Below are positions 55,291 through 64,000 of a DNA stretch of 64,000 nucleotides, piece by piece. Origin of the DNA: Octopus vulgaris (taxonomy: Eukaryota); NCBI GenBank assembly GCA_951406725.2, contig OX597827.1, positions 16,926,001 through 16,990,000 on the forward strand. Direction: 5' to 3'. The notes below the pieces were generated by a model, which worked only from the letters and a program-made list of their open reading frames with translations, was not told the origin of the DNA and ran no database searches. Each line of letters starts with the position of its first letter. Within the stretch, counting starts at the first letter, position 1. Both the position numbers and the translations under genes were made by a program.

Positions 55291-55435
55291 GAAATATAAA
55301 CAAGAGTTAGATTACTTTTATTTCTAGTCTTAAACATAAAGTTTGAACTATAACCATTCAAACAAGCCTTGTATACTTTGCAATTCTGAGCGTAAGAAGT
55401 ATTTTCTGAATTCATTTCATTCAGATGCCCTTCTG

Positions 55436-55747
55436 TGTGGAGGCACATGGCCTAGTGGTTAGAGCAGCGGACTCGCGGTCGAGAGATCGCGGGTTCGAAT
55501 CTCAGACCGGGCGATGCGTGTGTTTATGAGCGAAAACGCCTAAGCTACACACGGCTCCAGCAGAAGGTAATGGCGAAACTTCTGCTGACTCTTTCCCCAC
55601 AACTTTCTCTCACTCTTTCCTCCTGCATCTTGCAGCTCACCTGCGACGGACCGGCGTCCCGTCCAGGTGGGGAACCTATATGCCAAGAAACCGGGAAACC
55701 GGCCCTTATGAGCCAGGCATGGCTCGAGAAGGAAGAAACAAAAACAA
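55436..55747 (+). mobile_element. SINE family C
   Basis: TSD AGATGCCCTTCTG at 55423-55435 and 55748-55760. Confidence 0.94.
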
Positions 55748-56645
55748 AGATGCCCTTCTGAAATAATTTCGTCCATGCATGCGCGATTTGGAACGTTAAA
55801 ATATTTCTTATACATGACAATTGTTTTGTAACTGAGATAGAATGTATTATATAAAAGCAAATCTAGTAACAACTGCTTTTTGGCTGACTAAATATTTTGC
55901 AATGTTTTGCAAATTTATTCTTAATATGTTCTGGCAGATTCGCTTTTGTTAAAACAGAAAAATTTTTTCTAGGACAAATGTGTGTTTATAAAACATGCGA
56001 TACATTAGGTTAAAAGGACTCTGGAACAGCCGGTGTTTCGACATCGTTGTGACTCATCAGATAAGTGCACGCTGGACCAATGAATCTCAAACCAGTTCGT
56101 GGCTCTTGTTTATAACTTCAGTAAACAAAATATTCACTGATGATTGCTGATATCAAGTAAAACGAAAATAAACTGTCGTATGCACATTAAAGAGCGACAA
56201 TCAACACGGCTGGCTTATTCATTCTTAATATGTTCCGGCAGATTCTCGCCATTCACCGTGCATACAAAAATTTATTAAACATTTCGCTTATCTCTTAATA
56301 TTTTCATGTTTTAAATACGTTTGCTCAGAACGACCTAAATGTAACATAATTAACTAACATTCAATGCTTCTTCCACACCATGTTTCCAAACTATATATAT
56401 ATTGCAACGAATGGTTATTATATGTGTACTTTTGTTCAGTAGTTTCTTTTACAAATCTGATTATAAGACAGATGAAACTACGATAAATTGATATTCTGAT
56501 TTGAATTTTTCAAAAGCTATAAATATGATTACTGTTGTATTTAAATAAAACGTTACTTTTTGTATTCGCTTCATTGCATCCGTTGCATTATTATTTGAAC
56601 CTCTCACACAAAATTACACACATGTATATATTCATACATACATAC

Positions 56646-56685
<40 letters not shown>

Positions 56686-56774
56686 TTATATATTTATATA
56701 TATGCACACATATATGTATACAGTGTATTCATATATACATATAAATATATATATATATACATATATATACTTAC

Positions 56775-56851
<77 letters not shown>

Positions 56852-56964
56852 TTATATATTTATATATATGCACACATATATGTATACGGTGTATTCATAT
56901 ATACATATAAATATATATATATATATATATATACATACATATATACATAATATATATGTATGTA

Positions 56965-57000
<36 letters not shown>

Positions 57001-57119
57001 CTCACTCCTATAGACACATATACTCAAACATAAACAAAGATATATATATATATATGTGTGTATATCTTTATATATATATAGACTAACTCATATAGACACA
57101 TATACTCGAACATAAGCAA

Positions 57120-57162
<43 letters not shown>

Positions 57163-57393
57163 TTATCTATGTATCTGTGTATCTACCAAAGGCATATATG
57201 TGTTTTAATCAGAGGCAATCCCAGGCAAACATCGTCATATGAGAAACGTACATTTATGAGTAGAATATACATAGCGTTTATCAATAGACAAACACGTCAG
57301 TGGTGTGTGTGTGTCTGTGTGAGATTTCTTATTGTTAATTTTGGTGTCACTTTTCTCTTGTCTCATCGTTTCTTTGTTACAAGAGGTACACAA

Positions 57394-57427
<34 letters not shown>

Positions 57428-57503
57428 GCATAGATATATATATATATATGTATATATATATGTATATATATGTATATATATATATACATATATATATATG
57501 TAT

Positions 57504-57565
<62 letters not shown>

Positions 57566-57639
57566 GTAAATATATATATGTATATATATATATATATATA
57601 TGTATATGTATATATACATATATGTATATATATATATGA

Positions 57640-57770
<131 letters not shown>

Positions 57771-58355
57771 CATATTGATGTATGTGTGTACGTGTTGAAC
57801 ATTGAATATCTGTCCACATAAAGAAAACTATTTCTAGAAAGACAAACGACATATCAAGTTCGTTTGTAAACATATCAGTTAAAATTTTATTTTTTTTTTT
57901 AACGAATCTCCTATTTTTCTTTTATAGTTTGTTCTACTTGTGTGAATTGGACTTTCACTTTTCTTCATACAACAACTTAAAAATCAAATACACCAACCAA
58001 CATAACATATGCAACTGTGTCGTTTCATATCCGCTTGTCATGTCCACATCATCTTATAAATTACACGCTAGTTTCTTGTTTCTGCGACTGCAAATAAATG
58101 TCATTTTTCTTTTTTACCTCTTGCTTAGAATACAGAATTTTCGTATGTACGTGTGTATGAATCTAAGAATATATGTATGTTTATTCTACGTAGATTTTGT
58201 ACGCATACATTTATTTTATATCTATGAATCAATCTATCAATATTGATTTATTTCTCTTCATGTATATTTAGCTGTCAATATATTTGTCTAACTGCTCGTC
58301 TACATCTCTCTGTAACTCCCTTCAAATATAATTTCTCTTTCTCTCTCTGTGCATA

Positions 58356-58397
<42 letters not shown>

Positions 58398-58620
58398 CAG
58401 AGGCACAGATCATTCATTGAATCTATATCACTATCTCTCACTCTGCGTGTCAGTCTGTTTATCTCTCTATTTAGCTATCCAACTACACACATCGCCTGAG
58501 GATCGCAGAACCGCGTAACTCGAATCGCTAGAAAATGAATTCTGTTTAAATAAACAATATAATCAATGACATGATGTAGTCTTTTTAGCCTTATGCTAAC
58601 AAACACTGTAATATTTGAAT

Positions 58621-58673
<53 letters not shown>

Positions 58674-58734
58674 TATATAATTATTCATATATATATATAT
58701 ACATATACATATATATATATATATATATATTTAA

Positions 58735-58846
<112 letters not shown>

Positions 58847-59129
58847 CAAACTACAAAGAAAGAATGTCCTCTAGAGAAAATTATTTCTTTGTAGTTTGAT
58901 CGTATGTGATCTACTTCTAGAATATGGCTGTCCACATAGTGGTTTTTAGCCCTAAATATACACATGTAGAGGAATTTTCTGATTTTTCAGATTTTTATAT
59001 GCCACGCTACTGGTCTTAAATTAATATTCAATTAATCTCCCTCATTATTTAAATGTTTATACATATATATATATATATATACATGCATACATATATACAT
59101 ACATACTTATCTAAGTGCATATATATGCG

Positions 59130-59267
59130 CTCTTTTTATTTCTTCATATTCTAAAGAGCGTATGCTCGAAACGTAGAAGTCTCTCTCACATTCTCGAGCG
59201 TCAAACTAATGCACATGCTTATTGGTCGTGCACCAGTCTTCCTCTTTCATTCTTCTGTAAATTTCAA

Positions 59268-59272
<5 letters not shown>
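59130..59272 (+). mobile_element. D-related element with a core-deleted hammerhead
   Basis: AGAGC gtat GCTC-GAAAC-GTA, then GAGCGTCAAACTAAT; ends in (TA)n. Confidence 0.55.
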
Positions 59273-59311
<39 letters not shown>

Positions 59312-59816
59312 GTGTGTATATATCTATATATGCTCGCCTTTTGTGTACACGTTTGTGCATGTATGTATATATGTATATGTATGTGTATATGTCTATGTAT
59401 ATATATGTTTATAAATATATATGTGTGTACATTCTCTTCTTTTTCCCCTACCTCCCTATTAACATAACTATCTTAGAAACTAGTTAATTTCAACTCAATA
59501 ATTTTAAACTTTTATATATTTTTAGATTTTAGTTTTCTTATCTTGTAATTTTAATTTTAAGTGTTAAGTTTTAATTTTCAATTTTAATTTTGAATCATAA
59601 TTTTGATTCTTAATCCTTTATCTCATATAATTTAACGGCTATTAAACTTGAAATACAATTTTAAACAACTGCACTAAACTATTGACCTTATAACCTTACT
59701 TAAATTGGCCTTCCACTCTCAATCTACTGAAACTTTAACGTTTGACGTCTAGCCCACATATAATACTGACATATCTATATCATTACCGTTCGATTCACTT
59801 CAACATTTAAGTTTAA

Positions 59817-59932
59817 TTTGTCAAAATATTTTCGTCGCTATGAGACCGCGACCTGTTCACTGACAAAAATCCGTGCTGTTAATTTGTCAAAATATTTTCG
59901 TCGCTAAAATCTGCGACCTGTTCACTGACAAA
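59817..59932 (-). ncRNA. Tandem pair of minimal hammerheads, G3-C8 variant
   Basis: tttgtca-GTGAACA-g-GTCGC...GCGAC-GAAA-ATAT-TT-tgacaaa at 59817-59867 and 59883-59932, inside the fold-back 59786-60031. Confidence 0.65.
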
Positions 59933-60744
59933 AATCCGTGCTGATGCAGCTCGGATTTTTGTCAGTCGCGGTCTTATAGCGACGAAAATATTTTGACAAA
60001 TTAAACTTAAATGTTGAAGTGAATCGAACGGCTTTTGTGTTTCTTAAATGGCTTACAAACACCTTCCACGCTGCAATTGTTTTCGTTCCAGCACACGATC
60101 TCAGATCAAATCACTTGCTATGCAAGTACATCTCCGTATATCATTACCTTTACTTTTATATTTTATTGTTTTTATTTTTACTTTTATTATTTTTTACCCT
60201 TTTGCCTCTATTTTATTTTATTTTTATTCCCTTTCTCCTTTCTCTCTCTTTCTCCTTTCTACCATAGACACTCACTCCGTCAAACCTATTCTTTTCTGTT
60301 ATTTTTATTTTCGTATTTTTACTTATATTCATCTTTATTTTTTTGTAATTTTTACCCTTTTACCTCTATCTTATTTTCTAATCCTTTCTTATATTTCTCT
60401 GTCTCTCTATCTCTCTCATAGACCCTTCACAAGGCCCATTTATGCCCATCATACTTTCTCACTCAATATACAGATTTACAATATGAATACATTATTCAGA
60501 ATACGGTCAAAATACTGCCTGGGATTTAAACTAAAAATTTATACCATCATGAAGTACCGTCCAACATCCATATCCTCTGGAAAAAGGTGAGTTGTGAAAA
60601 TTATTCCCCTGCCTATATTCTTCTAACTACTTTTATTCTTTATTCTTCTATTTCACTCCTTTATTCCTCTGTTTTATTCCTTTTAAATTGTGAATTTTAT
60701 TCCTTGTAAACTAAAAATATTCCCCGTCTAAAATATTCATACCT

Positions 60745-60820
60745 TGTCTCTGATAATGGGATACCCAGCGCACGGACATGGTAACCAACCACTAGGGTAA
60801 TCCCAGAAACGGCTGTAAGG
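60745..60820 (+). ncRNA. Hammerhead-like motif (C3-A8 mismatch, possibly inactive)
   Basis: ct-CTGATAA-TGGGATACCC...GGGTAATCCCA-GAAAC-GGCT-GTA-ag. Confidence 0.55.
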
Positions 60821-60990
60821 CTTCAAATTCAGCTTGTCCTAACTAAATTATTCTAAATGACTTGAGATACTTGTTCTGCCTTGGTTTTGATTTTTCCTCT
60901 AATATAATATGTATATGCACACACACATATATACATGAGTGTATGTGCATATATATATAAACACACACACACACACACACACACACACGA

Positions 60991-61054
<64 letters not shown>

Positions 61055-61469
61055 GTATATATGTATGTATTTACAGATGTAAATTTAATAGTGTTCACTT
61101 CCGGACTCTCTCACTCTGTGAGAGTTTCATTTCGAATCGCACGTGTCGCGAATGGGCTGGAGAATTTCTGTTTTGGATATATTTGGGGTACTTAATTGTG
61201 CTCATGACTTAGTGTTTGCTTCTTCCATGGGTATGAGTAAGTATTTCATTTATTTCTTTTTGCCGCATTTATCACTGACGAAGGGTGGGTTCTTATGAAT
61301 TAACCCTGTAATCGGTCCGATATGGTAATAACGGAATTTTTTTAGAAATTTCTGTCGACCTTTTTCGAGTAGCGTGCTTATTTGTGATAAATTATATGGT
61401 TATGGACAATGTGTCTAATTTCGGCATATTTGGCATTAGAAATTTTTTCGTTTGCCCTTATTTATAAGT

Positions 61470-61536
<67 letters not shown>

Positions 61537-61614
61537 GAATTTACTTGATATACCTAACTTATGCACAAAAAACTATACTATTTAACAATACAGTAATGTG
61601 GGGTGATTATAAGG

Positions 61615-61704
61615 AGAATGAAGCAACAAGAATGGATAGGTTTTAGTACGATCGTTTCATATGAAACGATCGTACTAAACCTATCCATTCTTTTGCTTCA
61701 TTCT
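61615..61704. repeat. Near-perfect 90-bp palindrome containing hammerhead 3' halves
   Basis: Centre CAT|ATG at 61660/61661; GAAAC-GATC-GTA on both strands. Confidence 0.85.
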
Positions 61705-61734
61705 GCGTATATATATATATATATAATTATATAC

Positions 61735-61802
<68 letters not shown>

Positions 61803-62235
61803 TATGTATTTACACACACTTCAAAGTAAAAGAAAAAAAAAAGAGATAGATTTTTCAGCAAGTCTTGTAATTGGTATTTTATTATTTGCTGAAAATCGAT
61901 AAAATTATACCAAAAATACATTTAACAATTAATCTCTCCAATTGCTGAGTCCGTAACTTTTCTGAAGCCAGCCTGCCTTTTGGGAAAACTATCAGATTGC
62001 ATTTTTGCATCAAGAAAATACAATATTTCCACCTGTTTTATCACAATTTTCTAAACACGATCGGAGCTCGTAAATTTTCTCTCAACAGTTTTTATGTCCA
62101 AGCGTCCAATGAGTTTCCCATCAGTTTTCTCGCCTGAAACGAACACACAATTTTCGGGGAGTTTTTATTTTTTGTGTAATATTATTATTGTTAACATGCC
62201 TTATCTAATATTGTTATTATTATTGTTATCACGTT

Positions 62236-62382
62236 AAATTCTGAGTTCAAATTCCGTTGAAGTCGACTTAGCCTTTCATCATTTCGGGGTCGATAAAATA
62301 AGCACCAGTTGAACGTGAGGTCACTGTAATCGACATAATCTTTCCCCACCTGAATCTACCGGCCTTGCACCAAAATTTGAAC
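62236..62382 (+). mobile_element. SINE family A fragment
   Basis: GAGTTCAAATTCC...TTTCGGGGTCGATAAAATAAGCACCAG. Confidence 0.8.
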
Positions 62383-62474
62383 TCATCATCATCGTCATCA
62401 TCAGCATCATCATCATTATTATCTTCAGGTATAGTTCCCATGGTAGAAAAGATTATTATTATTATTATCATTAT

Positions 62475-62970
62475 TGAGTGAGAGAGCAATGCATGCCATC
62501 GAAGTAACATTAGGGTGTCATATACGAAGCCCAGTATACCCATCATGACTACCCGTCTGATAAGGGTACACTAGGCACATACATCACAACAATATGTGCG
62601 CGACATGACGATCACATGTCAAGATTAACAGCTCATGGCCTTGCAGGTGGGGCCCAGTTAGAATTTTCTTCAGGTCAAGTAGAATATCCCGCTCAGAAGG
62701 TCCCTGAATAAGGATTGTTTCATTATACTGAACGAAACACCCATATTTCCAGAGGTGTATTATCCAAACCACAAAGGATCCCTCTCAACACATGGCTGTG
62801 ATGCTCCGCCACTACTTTTGACGTGATCAGAGATGCACATATCGTCAGCCACTAAAAGACATGCTCAACTGGTTAAGGTCAAACAACTGACAAGCAAATC
62901 TGAGGTATTGAGCGGAATATTTGCTGTAGGCCATCTTTTATGCCAAGACAAAAAATGTATATGATCACAC

Positions 62971-63053
<83 letters not shown>

Positions 63054-63506
63054 CATCATTGCGTGAGAAAGCACTGCATGCCATCAAAGTGACACTAGGG
63101 TGAAATATACGAAGCCCAGTATACCCATCATGACTACCCGTCTGATAAGGGTGCACTAGACACATGCATCACAACCATATGTGTGCGACATGGTGATCTC
63201 ATATCAAGATAAACAGCACATGACCTTGCAGGTGGGGCCCAGTTAGAAGTTTCTTCTGGTCGAGTAGCCCATCCCGCCCAAAAGGTCCCTAAATAAGGGT
63301 TGCTTAAGGATTTTGAACGAAGCACCCATGTTTCCAGAGGTGAATTATCCAAACCTCCCCCACTACTTCTGCTCGTGATCAGAGATGCACATATCGTCAG
63401 CCACTAAGGGACATGCTCAACTGGTTACGGTCAAACAACTGACCAGCAAATCTGTGGTATTGAGCAGAATATTTGCTGTAGCCCATCTTTTATACCAAGA
63501 CAAAAC
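62475..63506. mobile_element. Two tandem ~450-480-bp copies of an element bounded by (ATT)n/(ATC)n
   Basis: 62475-62953 and 63059-63506 are direct, diverged copies, separated and flanked by ATT/ATC repeats. Confidence 0.8.
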
Positions 63507-63525
63507 ATCATCATCATCCTTATCA

Positions 63526-63571
<46 letters not shown>

Positions 63572-63790
63572 TATTATTACTATTATTAGAAGCTATTGTT
63601 TGCAATTATCTTGCTTTATTTTCTCCCTGAAATAATATATACATGTTAGGATGTTAAAATGCAATCCAATGATTAATGCTTGCACATGGAAATATATGCT
63701 ATATTAAGATTCCATTTGCTCCATGTTTCGCAGTGTCGGACAACAGCAGAAGAGTACAGAAGAAAGCAGAGCCAGTTAATGCGATGATAG

Positions 63791-64000
63791 TTCTTCTTTC
63801 TCGAGCCATTCCGGGCTCATAAGGGCCGGTTTCCCGGTTTCCGTGGCGTATAGGTTCCCCACCTGGAACGGGACGCCGATCCGTCGCAGGTGAGCTGCAA
63901 GATGCAGGAGGAAAGAGTGAGAGAAAGTTGTGGCGAAAGAGTCAGCAGAAGTTTTGCCATTACCTTCTGCCGGAGCCGCGTGGAGCTTAGGCGTTTTCGC
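63791..64000 (-). mobile_element. SINE family C (runs off the window)
   Basis: Matches the 3' two-thirds of 25546-25847. Confidence 0.9.

Noticed and set aside
56022-56066. Minus-strand CTGATGA...GAAAC motif
   Set aside because: Stem II is mismatched and stem I absent; at best a decayed copy

Overview
AT-rich eukaryotic (animal) DNA made mostly of microsatellites ((TA)n, (CA)n, (TATC)n, (TAA)n, (ACC)n) and interspersed repeats. The repeat content suggests a cephalopod (octopus-like) genome; this is inference. Nearly all ORFs in the track are simple-repeat artefacts. Supported content: three tRNA-headed SINE families (called A, B, C here, many with clear TSDs), two CR1-type LINE 3' fragments, an RTE-type endonuclease fragment, a decayed Tc1/mariner with TIRs, a MITE family carrying internal TTAGGG repeats, non-autonomous Helitron-like elements, and several phase-compatible candidate exons of an unidentified minus-strand gene. 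The main unexplained signal is a dense, diverse set of more than 15 hammerhead-ribozyme motifs. They sit in small non-coding elements, mostly next to (TA)n tracts, with tandem, circularly permuted or fold-back structure, palindromic stem III, and C3-G8/U3-A8/G3-C8 core covariation. This points to a Penelope-dependent, retrozyme-like RNA element system. All motifs were read by eye; no searches were run.
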